A stretch of 63,996 nucleotides of DNA, the filler included, from Thelocarpon superellum (Eukaryota): NCBI GenBank assembly GCA_026025795.1. It is 3 parts of 3 records of this genome, joined end to end, with 100 filler letters (N's around TTAATTAATTAA, not from the genome) between each part and the next. Parts side by side here need not be neighbours in the genome. Positions count along the whole stretch, not along the records: positions 1 to 22,549 come from JAPEUG010000293.1; positions 22,650 to 45,159 come from JAPEUG010000294.1; 1 more part is not named here. One strand, given 5' to 3'. The notes beneath the pieces are model-generated. The model was not told where the DNA came from. It did no database searches and saw only the letters and a list, made by a program, of their open reading frames with translations. Positions 10,890 to 23,259 of this stretch are shown in pieces (position 1 is the stretch's first letter; each line of letters begins with the position of its first letter). A program made the translations under genes and the position numbers.

Positions 10890-12496
10890 ATGTCGGCCGA
10901 GATTCCCGTTCTTGCGCGGGACCAGGTCAGCGACCGGGCCAAGAAGACGCTGGACATTGTACGTCGAACCCTCGGCCGGGCTTGAGCTCAGCGCTTACTT
11001 GAATGATCGCAGGTCAAGAAATTCGTCGACGAAGAATGTGCGTCGTCGTGGCAAATGCGTACCATGGCTCGCGATCCTCACTGACCGCCCCATGCAGGTA
11101 TCCCGGCCGATGCTGTCTTCCACGCCCAGCTGGGCGAGGGAGATCACCGGTGGAACACCTATCCGCCCATCGTCGATGAGCTGAAGGCCAGAGCGAGAAG
11201 CTTGGGGCTCTGGAACATGTTCCTGCCCAAGGGTCACCATGGAAGTGCCGGCTTCAGCAACCTCGAGTATGGCTTGATGGCGGAACACTTGGGCAAGTCG
11301 CGGACCGCGTCGGAGGTGGGATCCCATTGACCTATCGTTTCAGTCAATCGACGACGGGATGCTGATGACCACGCAGGCGACCAACTGCGCTGCCCCGGAC
11401 ACCGGCAATATGGAGGTCTTGGCCAAGTACGGAAACGAGGCGCAACAGCGACAATGGCTGGTGCCCCTGCTCAACGGCGAGATCCGCTCGGCGTTTCTCA
11501 TGACGGAGCCCGATGTCGCCTCGTCCGACGCCACCAACATCACCTTGACCATGCGAAGGGAGGGGGATGAGTACGTGCTGAATGGCTCCGTATGTGCCGA
11601 CGGCCTACCTTTTCTCGGGGTGCACCTGCTGACCCACCCTAGAAATGGTGGAGCAGTGGCGCGGGCGACCCGCGATGTCGCGTCTACGTGGTCATGGGCA
11701 AGAGCTCGCCGAACCATCCCGATCCATACAAGCAGCAGTCGGTCATCTTGGTGCCGGCTGGGACCAAGGGCATCACCGTCAAGCGCATGATGCATGTCTT
11801 TGGCTACGATGATGCGCCGCACGGACACGGTCACATCATCTTTGAAAATGTACGGGTGCCCGCGTCGAGCATGGTCTTGGGCGAGGGCCGGGGCTTTGAG
11901 ATCATTCAGGGTCGTCTGGGCCCCGGTCGCATCCATCACGCGATGCGAGCGATTGGCGCGGTAGGTTGGCCACCGACGAGACGAGCTGTGCTTCCGAGCT
12001 GACCATCTAGGCCGAGCGAGCGCTGGAGTGGATGGTGGCACGCGTCAACGACCCGAGCCGGAAGACCTTTGGCAAGCAGTTGAACGAGCACGGGGTGCTC
12101 TTGGAGCGACTGGCCAAGTCCCGCATGGAGATCGATGCCGCGCGACTGATCGTCCTCAACGCCGCGATGAAGATCGACGAGGTGGGGGCCAAGGGGGCGC
12201 TCCGAGAGATCGCCGAGGCCAAGGTGCTGGCGCCCGAGGTCACGCTAGCCGTCATCGACCGAGCCATCCAAAGCTTTGGCGGAGCCGGCGTTAGCCAAGA
12301 CACGCCCTTGGCCAACATGTGGGCCAACAGCCGGACGCTACGCATCGTCGATGGGCCCGACGAGGTTCACCTGCAGCAGATGGGCAAGGCGGAGAGTAAG
12401 CGAGGCAGAGCGCTCATCGCGAAGATTGCCCGGCAGACGAGCATCTCGGAGCAGCTGTTCAAGCGGGCGGGCATGGCCAGCAAGGCACATCTGTAG
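10890..12496 (+). CDS. Acyl-CoA dehydrogenase (ACAD10/11-like), probably peroxisomal; 5 introns
   Basis: [69 protein letters not shown]; the C-terminal AHL is PTS1-like. Confidence 0.9.
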
Positions 12497-13110
12497 GCGG
12501 ATCCGGCATGAGAGACGCGGCATGAGGGATGCGGTGGGGTGTCATGTATTATGAGTGTGTCAACAGGATGAGGTTCTTGGTAGATGGGGTGGTTAGTCAG
12601 TTCCGTTGGTGCGGTGAAGAGCATTGATTGAAGTGGTGACGGTCGTGATGATGGCGACGGCGGAGGTGGACCGAGCGACAAACACGATGACCGTAACCGC
12701 GACTGTGACGGTACTTCGTACTACCAGGTCACGGTAACGGGCGTTAGGTGCCGTCCGCGCGTGGTGGCGGGCCCCCAAGCGGTCTCGCATCGCCTCGCCT
12801 CGGCCCCCGGCTCCATGGCCGTTGCCGTGTCGACGCCGCGTGTGTTGACGGATCTCGGCTCGCCTCCTATCGCCGGACCAACTACGGTATCACGGAGCCG
12901 ATATTCCAGCAACCAGACACTGCTTTCGACACCGCCTTTGGACCTGCTCCAAGAAAGCTCCGACTTGCTCTTCACACGACCCATCCTCTCCTCGTATGAT
13001 CCCAAACCCGTCGTCCCTGCGGCTGCACACCTTGTCACTCCTCTCGCCATCCTGACCGTCGTCCCTGTATACCGACAGTCGTCGTTTGCATCTACCGCGC
13101 GCTTTACATC

Positions 13111-13666
13111 ATGTCTCAACCAAACCCCGTGGTCCTCTCTGCGCGCGACATCAATGCACCTATCGCCGCGGCGACCGCGCCCGGTGACGGCAAGACCGAG
13201 ATCAAATCCATGGATTATCATCGTCAGATGCTCCAGTCCCGCCTCAATGAAGATCAGTACGCTCTCCTTCCACCCCTTGGGGTCATGTCGATGGTCCATC
13301 GTCACAGCTCCCGGGCGCACAAGTGGTCATCTCCACGATGCTCATTCTTCTTCCAGAGCCAACAAACAATACGTCTCTCCCTCTGACGGCATCATGTCTC
13401 CGTGCACGGCCAAGCTATCGGCCTATCGAAACAAGCATTTCATGAAGTACGTGGTCGCCCTTACCGGTCCATCTCATGGAGCCAGAAGCTGACACATCAT
13501 CCGCAGAGCCAAGCCTCAATCCCTCTTTGCCAAGGCCTCCTCCAAGAACCTTGGCTCGGCCGCCTTGTCGCGCCCGGACCAGTCTTCCGAGATGGGGACG
13601 GATAGCAGTGCGGAGGAGAGCGCTGCTCCATCGCAAGAGTCGTCGATCGGTGGCGATGCGCACTAG
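13111..13666 (+). CDS. Spo12-family small protein; 2 introns
   Basis: Spliced KSMDYHRQMLQSRL...[34 protein letters not shown] carries the Spo12 SPSD-x-x-SPC motif. Confidence 0.8.
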
Positions 13667-15316
13667 GGGCTTTCATACACTGGAAGAGACGGTCTAGGAG
13701 CAAGGGTACATCGTCAGACGCTGTATTCCCCACACCGGATTCATCTTCCTCCGGACCACAAGCATCTGTCTCTTCCCTTGCATCAGCCTGCCCTACATTC
13801 CCTTACTCGGTTGGGTCCTTGGTGGAAGCACCCCCCATCATTTCTTTCCGCCCATCCCGCTTCATTCCACTCCAAGCATTGGACGGACCAGAATCAGATG
13901 GACGAATAGGACGGGAAGATCGCATCGGGCCGGGTCGAATCGGGCGAGGGCAGGTTTGATTGGGTCAGGCTCGGCGTCATCAGGCACTGTCTTTGTTTCA
14001 CCTCTCTTCTCGGGTTCTCATGCACTTCATGGGTATGGAGGACCGCATCACATCATGGCTCGTTCTTCTTCGCTCCCTCGCTTCCCTCCCTCCCTCGTCA
14101 GACTGTCCATTCGTGCACCAGTCGGGATGCAATGCGCTAAGGGAGCAACTCGATCATCCCAACACAAAGCGGAACGAGGGCTAGGATGGGGAAAGGGAGT
14201 AGGATTGACGAAATGACATGCTCTAACTATCATCACAACTCTTTGACCCACATAAGCATTGAACTAATGGTCAGGAAAAGAAGTAGATGGACCGTGGAAG
14301 AGGAAGGTCTCCAGTTTTAAGACGAGCCGATTGCTGATGAAAGAGTCAAGTGTGCGAGCTGCTGAAGAGGTCTTACTGAAGGAGAAGGAAGGTACACTAG
14401 TCGATGACGCATTTCATGGTTGTCCAATTCATGGAGGTGTAGGAGCGCGCACGTGATCTGGTCACGTGTCCACTATCCCGACTACGCGTAGATTAGCAAT
14501 TCAGCTCTGATTCCTTCAGAGGGAATAAAAAGGACCAGATAGACATGACTCATATCCACCAACCTGAGCGGACGATGAATACTACCTCTCTTTGAACACT
14601 GATGCAGCTTGCCGACCACACTATGACGGAGAATCCCGTTGCGCAGCGTTAGCCAATTTAGCTCAACCACCCAAGGACCACCCATGCGGGGTGGAATCGT
14701 GGTCTTCGCACCACCTTGGCTTTTTGCCCCTCGACAGATCGATCCACGGGAAAATATGTCCCATCGAAGAAAATACTTAACAGGCTGAGTGAAATAAAAA
14801 CAAAAGGGCCAACACCAGAGACCACCGACTATGACTTTTTCTTCTCGATCTTGCATTAGTCGAGATCTAGACTGGAATACGTTTTTATGATGGCATTGGT
14901 GGCGGTGAAGATGCCCAGAGTCTGGGGGACCTCCCCGGACGAGAAGAGTGGAACGAGCACTCGTAGTCGCGGAGAGGGGCGCCACTACCAGCAGCTGCAG
15001 AGCCGCCAAAGCGATCGATCGCCGATCGACGAGGCAAGGTGGGCGGCGGGCATGGAGCTCTTGACAAAGTTCGGTCCCTCAGAGAGATCCATAGTTCTCG
15101 CTCTATGTTACCCATGCACAAGTCGCCACGCGCGTCGATCGTGCGCTCGAAATAGGTCCCAACGACCTCGTCGCTCTCCACCGCCTCGGCTTGCCGGTGT
15201 GTCAGGGTCCGCCGTTGTCCGACGCACGGGCAGCCTGTCGGTTCAAAGTCGCGTCCCTCAACGGTACTCGTGGTCATGGACTACGACTACTAAGTAGTAG
15301 TTCGGCTATGGTAGTG

Positions 15317-15757
15317 GTACTGACCCACCCCGAAGCGTATCCTGGGAATGGGTGCTTGTTTCTACGGAAGCTATCCGTCGTTCGAAGATGTTGCGCAGAG
15401 GGACTACAGCGTAGATGGTATCGAGGCTAACTATCAAAGCTCTGCTTGGGTCTCCCCATACTGAACATATGGGAGCCCGGAAAGCGGCATTTCCTGCTCC
15501 GCCTTCCATGACCAACGGCTGATTATGTCATCTTCCAACCGGTTATGCAGCTACCGTGGGTCACGTGCAGCAGCTTCGTCAAGTGCCTAGAGCTCCCGTA
15601 TGGAGCCTCCACAGTACTGACGCACCCCGGTTATTCCACTGGAGATGGGTGGTCTATTCTACGGAAGCTATCCGTCGTTCTAATATACAGCTATTGTGGG
15701 TCACGTGCAGCAGCTTCGTCAAGTGCCTCGAGCTCCCGTATGAAGCCTCCACAGTAC
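15317..15757. repeat. Degenerate ~140-bp direct repeats (one full and two partial copies)
   Basis: 15548-15617 is nearly identical to 15688-15757 (GTGGGTCACGTGCAGCAGCTTCGTCAAGTGCCT...); TTCTACGGAAGCTATCCGTCGTTC occurs at about 15360 and 15657. Confidence 0.85.
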
Positions 15758-16506
15758 CCAACGGTGCTGAGACCCGGTCCGTGCCGGTCTTTGGTTGGTG
15801 TTGGTCGATTCTGGCCTGCTCCCACCTGTGACCTTCGGTCCGTCGCCACATCGGCTCGAATCTGAGCAATAGCGAATAAAGCGTCTTACAACCTCATCAT
15901 CGTACGCGACAGGCGTACCAATGGCCTCACGAACCCGACTGAACCAAACCGCCAGCCACTCGATTGTCGAGGTGAGATGCTTGGCAATTCGGAATTCACT
16001 GCATCTTGGCCAGCTATCGGCTAAGTAGCAGCATCAGTGCCGCCCATATAAATATCTCGATCGAGTTCGACTCTTGGAATGTGGCACATTCAACCCGCAG
16101 TGCACCACAACAAGTCTATCTCGAAAAAATGTCGTCGACAATTTTTCGAGATAGATCGTTGGTCACACATTATGGACTTGTTGGTAACTGCTGACCGCAA
16201 ATGTCATAGGAGCGAGAGGAGCAGATATGTGCGAGATTGCGTGGCATTGGCATGAGCGCTAGAAAGGAATGCGAAGAATGTCATCACCTGGCCAATGTCT
16301 CTGTGCCGCTGAAATCTGGCACGCCATGCTTGTGCAAGAGAATGTTGCATTCCCTGTGAGGGGAATGCAAGCTCTGATGAACTTGGATCACTCTAGTATA
16401 AGTATCCTGGGCTGTTTGACCTCTCCGTGCGTCTGGTCAGTGGCTTCTCTTTACTATCGTTCCTACCATCTTAGCCTTCTACTATCGTGGATAGTCTTGG
16501 CCAGTC

Positions 16507-19362
16507 ATGGCTACTGTGACGCGACTGTTGCGAACCGGGCTCCTTGCCTTGGGGGTCGTCTCTACTACCGCTCAGGCTGTTGGGCAGGCATGTGCGATCG
16601 TGGAGGTGCAGGAAATCGTGTATAATTCCATCTACAACATCAACCAAAATTTCGACGGCAATGCGGTCATCAACTTGGGGGACAACATCTACTACACATG
16701 TGCCAGTTCGCCATCTTACATTTCCACCCTCGTGATTGCATCCACCTCGACGTCGACGATCACGGTCACGACTACCGCAACCGCGGCGGCCACAGGCACG
16801 GCAGTCGGAACGGCGACTGATACAACGACTGCGACTGGAACTGGAGGTCCCACGCCGAGCAGCTTTCGGATTCTAGCCTCGGCCATCGACCCCAACGTGG
16901 CAAGCGACACGATCGTCAATATTCCGGTCGGGGAAGGCTCCGGCAATGAACTCACGATCGGCGGCGGAACGATCCCCACGACCTTCACGCTGGACCCGTC
17001 GGGTCAGCTTCTGGACGCAGCAGGCAACGTGATCTACCTCGCAGCCGCAACCCCACTGGGTCGTCGCGACCTGCTGGGTCGAGCAAAGCGTCAAGCGACT
17101 GCGTCCAGCAGCGCCGAGGGGTTTTTCGTCTCACTCGACACTTCAGTTCCCCCGGGCGGACAATCAGTGACACTCATATCGCAAGGCGGTATTGACTTGA
17201 CACTGTCGGGAGCCTTTTCTTCGTTTTCCATCGCCATCTGTGGGAACGACATCACGATCGAGCTTCAAGTCTTCGCGCTACAGTCTCCTCTCCCACCCCA
17301 GTGTTTCGCCATCACCTTTCAACTTGCCCCAGTATCTGCACCTACTTCTGGCACCCTTTCAACGATAATAGGTTCTACCAGCATATCGGAGAGTGGATCA
17401 CCTACTTCAACTGCCACAGTATCGACGTCCGCCGGCTCTTCCGCCGCCGGCTCTACCACCCCCGGCTCCTCCGCCGCCGGATCTTCGGTCACGGCCTCAT
17501 CCGCCGCCGGCTCTACCACCTCCGGCTCCTCCGCCGCCGGATCTTCGGTCACGGCCTCCTCCGCCGCCGGTTCTTCCACTATCGGCTCCTCCGCCGCCGG
17601 TTCTTCCACCATCGGCTCCTCCGCCGCCGGATCTTCGGTCACGGCCTCCTCCGCCGCCGGTTCTTCCACTATCGGCTCCTCCGCCGCCGGTTCTTCCACT
17701 ATCGGCTCCTCCGCCGCTGGTTCTTCCACCAACGGCTCCTCCGCCGCCGGATCTTCGGTCACGGCCTCCTCCGCCGCCGGCTCTACCACCACCGGCTCCT
17801 CCGCCGCCGGTTCTTCCACTATCGGCTCCTCCGCCGCTGGTTCTTCCACCACCGGCTCCTCCGCCGCCGGTTCTTCCACCATCGGCTCATCCGCCGCCGG
17901 CTCTACTTCCGTGGGCTCTTCTGCCAGCAGTGCAGGTGCGTCTAATTTCGGGAGCACGCTTGGATCGGCAGGAACCTCATCCTCCGGATCCTCTTTATCA
18001 ACTTTTACGTCTATGTCACTGACATCTTCTGGTGCTTCATTAATAGGGTCCACTTCTTCGTCGGTGCCTACTACCTCGAGCACATCAGGAACAACATCCA
18101 GTGTTTCGTCAGTGTCTACAACGTCATCAGCATCTACGGTACTAACGACTTCCACTACCTCATCGGTGTCGAGCACGTCGTCAGTTCCCACGACATCAAC
18201 AACCTCCAGTACCACGTCAGTGTCAATTACGTCGTCGTCGTCGTCATCGTCGTCATCGTTGTCTTCGTCGTCATCGTCGTCATCGTCATCATCATCATCA
18301 AGTACTACATCATCTGCCACAGGTACCCTTCCGACGTGCACTCCTACTGGCTCTACGACCCCGTCCATCTCAACCTCAGGCGACTGCCCAACCGACGACG
18401 GATTGGTTTACAGTCCGGCCGCGGGTGGCTCGTACCTGCTGGCCTGTTCCACGAACGTCAACAACAATGAGGATCTTGCCTCCAATCCGGGCACGGACAT
18501 CGCCAGCTGCGCACAATCATGCTCGACGTATAACCTCCAGCAACCTGCACCTGCAACTACCTGCACTGGTGTCGTCTACGATTATGGAGACCAAACTTGC
18601 TTCCTCAAGTCTAGCTACGTTACCCAAAGCAATCTGACAGATACAACGTTCGACAGTGCGATTTTACTGTCGAGCAGTTGCGAATACGTCGCAGCTGCGG
18701 CGCCTGTTGCTCCGGGCATCAGCACGACAGGCACATGCCCCTCCGACAATGGCGAGCTTTACACGCCTGCAGCGGGCGGTCAGTACGAGCTCCTCTGCGG
18801 TCAAAACGTCAATCAGCCGTACAACTTCTTGGAGACTCCTGGGGGTGATATCGAGAGCTGCATCACGCAATGTGCAGCTCTGAACGTGGTCACTCCGCCG
18901 CCGGCCATTTACTGCACAGGCGCCACCTGGTTCGACGGCGTCTGCTCATTCAAAAATGGCACCATCAGCGGAACTCCCCTAGCCAACTGTGATTCCGCAC
19001 GTCTCATCGAATTCCAGCCCACCGTCCCCACGACAACTGATGCCATTTGTCCCGCCGCGAATGATACCATTTATTCTCCGATAGCTGGCGGAGAGTTTCA
19101 GGTTTTGTGCGACGTCGACGCAAGTACCGGTGCAAATCTCGACGTCAGCGCAGGCTCCGGTGCCGCCGACTGCGCTGAGCGATGCTCCATTTACAACTTG
19201 GGCAATCCAGAACCTTCAACGCTCTGTACGGGAAGTACCTTTGACGAGGCCATCAGCACCTGCTTTTACAAGAGCGGGACGTTGGCGGTTTATCCCAGAC
19301 CTGGATTCATTACCGTCGTCGCAGAAATTTTCCCCGACGTCGTTGTACAAACCCCAGCCTAG
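16507..19362 (+). CDS. 951-aa secreted Ser/Thr-rich adhesin/mucin-like protein with three C-terminal Cys-rich PAN/apple-like modules; intronless
   Basis: Hydrophobic signal peptide, dibasic sites (LGRR, AKR), 16 ten-residue SSAAGS repeats, poly-Ser, and three CP..G..Y.P.AGG.(Y/F)...C...C...C...C.G...C..K modules. Confidence 0.8.
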   Translation: MATVTRLLRTGLLALGVVSTTAQAVGQACAIVEVQEIVYNSIYNINQNFDGNAVINLGDNIYYTCASSPSYISTLVIASTSTSTITVTTTATAAATGTAVGTATDTTTATGTGGPTPSSFRILASAIDPNVASDTIVNIPVGEGSGNELTIGGGTIPTTFTLDPSGQLLDAAGNVIYLAAATPLGRRDLLGRAKRQATASSSAEGFFVSLDTSVPPGGQSVTLISQGGIDLTLSGAFSSFSIAICGNDITIELQVFALQSPLPPQCFAITFQLAPVSAPTSGTLSTIIGSTSISESGSPTSTATVSTSAGSSAAGSTTPGSSAAGSSVTASSAAGSTTSGSSAAGSSVTASSAAGSSTIGSSAAGSSTIGSSAAGSSVTASSAAGSSTIGSSAAGSSTIGSSAAGSSTNGSSAAGSSVTASSAAGSTTTGSSAAGSSTIGSSAAGSSTTGSSAAGSSTIGSSAAGSTSVGSSASSAGASNFGSTLGSAGTSSSGSSLSTFTSMSLTSSGASLIGSTSSSVPTTSSTSGTTSSVSSVSTTSSASTVLTTSTTSSVSSTSSVPTTSTTSSTTSVSITSSSSSSSSSLSSSSSSSSSSSSSSTTSSATGTLPTCTPTGSTTPSISTSGDCPTDDGLVYSPAAGGSYLLACSTNVNNNEDLASNPGTDIASCAQSCSTYNLQQPAPATTCTGVVYDYGDQTCFLKSSYVTQSNLTDTTFDSAILLSSSCEYVAAAAPVAPGISTTGTCPSDNGELYTPAAGGQYELLCGQNVNQPYNFLETPGGDIESCITQCAALNVVTPPPAIYCTGATWFDGVCSFKNGTISGTPLANCDSARLIEFQPTVPTTTDAICPAANDTIYSPIAGGEFQVLCDVDASTGANLDVSAGSGAADCAERCSIYNLGNPEPSTLCTGSTFDEAISTCFYKSGTLAVYPRPGFITVVAEIFPDVVVQTPA
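17434..17913 (+). repeat. Coding minisatellite: 16 x 30-nt units
   Basis: Units such as GGCTCCTCCGCCGCCGGTTCTTCCACTATC encode (G/A)SSAAGS(S/T)xx. Confidence 0.95.
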
Positions 19363-22300
19363 ACGTTGTCACCACCCTTCTCCCCCTCTCGCTCCGGTCG
19401 GTGATGACTCCCTACCTTTTCATTCTTAGCAGTCCTTGGATCCTGCAGGGAACTGTCCTCCTTACCTATGTCTTGTAATTTAATTGATCTCGTTTGACGA
19501 CCTTGAGCTGTATACGATGTAGAAACGGTCCACACTCAGAACTCTCCTATCTACGTCGACTCGGCTGGATTTTCGCATCCTTTCTGATCTTGCACGGTAA
19601 ACGTGACGAACATATTTCACGTCGAGAATCCATGTCCTGGGGTCATGTTAGTGTCGAGAAATACTCTGACGTATCCTGATTGTAATCGGCCTCAGTGGCT
19701 GCGAAGATTGGTCACGGAGAAGACTTGTGGCCACGCACGACGGACCAGCCGTCGCTGACGAAGATGATGACCTCAAAGACTGGCGACGGCCAGTTCATCG
19801 CGGCTGAAATCGCGACGAGAGTCTGCGGGCAGAAAGAGATGAACAGGCCTGAGTGGTTAGGTGAGGAATGAAACGGCGATGGCGAATACGAGTATTGCGT
19901 CGTCATCTGCCGCTGGACCGCTACTACCGCATGAAGACAGGCTACTGCTGTGAATCATCCACCGTTTGAATGATGACCTGGACCGCTTGGCTCAAGCGAG
20001 CTGCGCTGGTGCCGATGACGGGGCCCAGCTCCGAGCGACGGGGACGAGGAAGGTGGGCAGGTGATGATGAGGTCAATACTCTTGAGCGTGGACGCGTGTG
20101 CGCCCAGTCGCTCGCGGACGGGCCATCGCGCCATGTCACTTTGAAGGAGAACGGATGACGAATACGAGTACGGTTCGTCATACCATACCACGAGAATCCT
20201 CTCCACCGTCGGCAAGGAGTGCGTCCAAGGAGCCTCCAAACAGGCTACCTGCGTTCCTATCTGTGGGGCCGACCTGTAACCTCGTTAGTTGAGACGAGCG
20301 CGCCTGCTTGGAATCGGAAGCACGCCGTAGGATAAGGCGGATTATGCCGAGCGGCCTCCCGCCTGTGAAACGAGTACCTGTACGTTGACGCGGGCCGACG
20401 CTCCGCAAGGACGGAAGGTACCGGGAACACGTCCTGACTCGTGCAGTCTCCCGCCTGGAAGGTATGGGGTCAGCTACGTGAACAGCCGACCGCAGAAGTC
20501 AAGTGCTCGTACGATACCAGGAGTCCTCCGGAACTCAATCCCATCCAGGGCTGCCGTTCGATCGCTGCAGACCATTCCTGCATGCAGAGCTGCCAATGCT
20601 GCAGCACCGCATGCAAGCCGGATACCCCCAGCCATGGATGGCAGGAGGCTAGGTACATGTACCCCATCCCCGATCAGTATTCGGTACCTAGGCTAGAAGT
20701 ATCCCGCAAAGCAGCCTCCACACTCGTACCCCCCCCACCAGGTCGAATGTAAGGAGAAACTCACCCGCGCCCTGACAGGTATGCAGGCTGAGCGGGGTAG
20801 CCTGTGCAAGTACGCCTAGCGAAGCTCTCCGTCCTTGGTACTCCGTCGTACCGGACGCCAGTGGTCGCAGGGGCGCGGCACTATTGCCCGCGGGTTGGAC
20901 AAGCGTAAGGCGCGGTGACCATCCGGAGGTCCGTCCCATACTTGTAGGTACCAAGTCCCGCGTGCAGTCGCGGAACGAGACATTTAATTTCCACTCCCGG
21001 AGATCCAGCGTAGCGCCACCCCGGCTCGACGTTCCCAAGGGTACTCCCAACACGGCGCATGACGCGATCTACTGATGATAACCACCGCATTATCTACATC
21101 CAGCGCGGGCAGGAGACGACATCGGAGCCCTTCTTGATACTGAATTTCCGTCGCTGCGCCGTGGGAAGGTCCCCCGTTCCAGTCGGCCTTGGTCGGCAGA
21201 CTTGGGGGGCCCCCGACCCAACTTGCCGACCGAGATCGGAGCCCTTCTTGGTCGTGTCTGAGTGGGCCAATTGGCTAAAGGGCGGCCTGGAGGAGTCCGC
21301 ACTATTTTGGTCACCCGTGGGCCTGGCATGGAGCGAGACGTCACGCGGAAGCGGCCGCCAGGGACCTGGCCACGAAAAGCCGAGGACGGTGGGACCATCA
21401 GACCGCCACGTCCTAACCTCTCAAAGGCTGCTTGCAATAAGAGATCGACCTTTGTCGCAGTGACAAACACCCTGGAGATTGCTGTTGACAACGTTGTCTA
21501 CTCGCACGCCGTAGAGGAAAAAGTGTGATGGCAGGGCCCCCGCCATGGCGTGCGCGTGAGCATGAACAGGAAGGGTTTGAGGATCCCCGTGAGGATAATG
21601 GACGGCCCAAGCGATTCCTGCTGGGGCGGTGCGAAAGGCTTCATGCATGAACTCCCTGGAACCATTCATGAGTCCCAAATCTCAACGTTCGTGTCAGTAA
21701 CAGCCTGCTCCGGTAGGCGGACAATAGTACCAGGCACTACTTGCCCGTCGATAGTCTGGGTGACGGCAGAGAGACGACGGCTTGGGACAAGGGCTCCAAG
21801 TATGGTGCGCACATCAGGTGCAACTTTGTCGTCTCAGTCGGGGCCACGGCGCGCGAGCGACCGAGGCTGGCCCCCGAGTCTGGCTGCAGGAAAGGCACAC
21901 AGTCATTGTTGGTCAGGGTCTAGCGGGAGCAAGGCTCAGGCACATGAACACCTTTAGCGCGATCGGTTTGCCACCAAGGGAGACCTCCCTTGGATTAGAG
22001 CAGGACCGACAGTGCTAGTGGTTGCTCGAACTCGATGGAACGTAGGCGAAGCGCCGCCAAACAAACATTGGCGGAGGCAACAAAGGTCCAGGCAGCGTGG
22101 CGCTAGTGTGCCTCCACCAACCAGGACCAACAGACGCACGAGAAATGTCGCCGCTTAGGCTCGCTTGGCAAGGGTGATGACTACCACGTCGGAGAAATGA
22201 CGAATGACGCTGCGCGAGTAGGGGAGGAATGGGTGACGTGTAGCGACCACGACCAGCTCGGGTGCCTGTACCAGGTACCAGGGCGGCGAATGCCGTCAAG

Positions 22301-22549
22301 GTACCTCGTACCCGCGTCAGGAGGTACTCGTCCCTTTCCTGGGACGTCCCCCGAGTATTACTCGCCGTCGGCCCCCAGTGTTGGTCACCCTCGCCTTTGC
22401 TCTGTCGCCCAGACGCCCAGTCGCTTCGTCGCCCAGCCAAGCAGCAGCGCCCACCCAGCAACCTTGTGCCTGCGCCCATACCCGCTTGTCTCATCGTACT
22501 CACCCTCTCATCTGTTGTCGCCCACACCCTCTCTTTGGCCGCCGCCGCC

Positions 22550-22649
22550 NNNNNNNNNNNNNNNNNNNNNNNNNNNNNNNNNNNNNNNNNNNNTTAATTA
22601 ATTAANNNNNNNNNNNNNNNNNNNNNNNNNNNNNNNNNNNNNNNNNNNN
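22550..22649. other. Assembly spacer (N44-TTAATTAATTAA-N44)
   Basis: N run with a six-frame stop linker. Confidence 0.97.
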
Positions 22650-23259
22650 AGCCACTTCCATCTGCTGTCGTCACTGGCACCTATGACCTAGTTTTAGTCG
22701 CCGATTGCACTTATAATCCCGCCAGTGCTCCAGCGCTCGTCCGAACGCTGACGATGCTGGTGGCACAATGCCCCGCCGTGATGATTGTCGTTGCCATGAA
22801 AGTTCGACATGAGAGCGAGATGGTCTTCTTCGATCTCTTGGCGCAGGCTCACATCCGGGAAGTGGGACATACGCCAGTGCCTCTGTCTAGTGGCACTGAG
22901 GTGGCAGGTAGCCTGGCAAGTCATGTGGATATTTACGCATATCAAGGGCAGCCGCGGCCCGAGACCGCCTTGAGGGAACAGCGCTCGTAGCACATTCCGT
23001 GGATACACTTTACGCAGTGATTGGACAATAGAGTGTTTTCGCAGTAGAGTTTGATGCTGAATTTGATGCTGGGTGAATTCTGTTGTTGCTTGTAACGAGA
23101 AAATTACTCGGCCTATTAGCGCCGAGCTATATTCAATTAGGAGATCACATGATATCGAAAGCTGCAATGGTCTTGCCACAACCCCCCCCCCACTGCCCGA
23201 TTCTGTAGGGATTCTGCTAACAACACCACAACCACAAGGATGAGCGACTTCCTTGAAGC

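Noticed and set aside
17301..18368. Alternative-frame ORFs over the minisatellite (349-aa acidic VEEPAAEEP antisense ORF, extensin-like PPPP ORF, RLLRRR ORF)
   Set aside because: Shadows of the stop-free 30-nt repeat; only the 951-aa frame has a signal peptide and domains.
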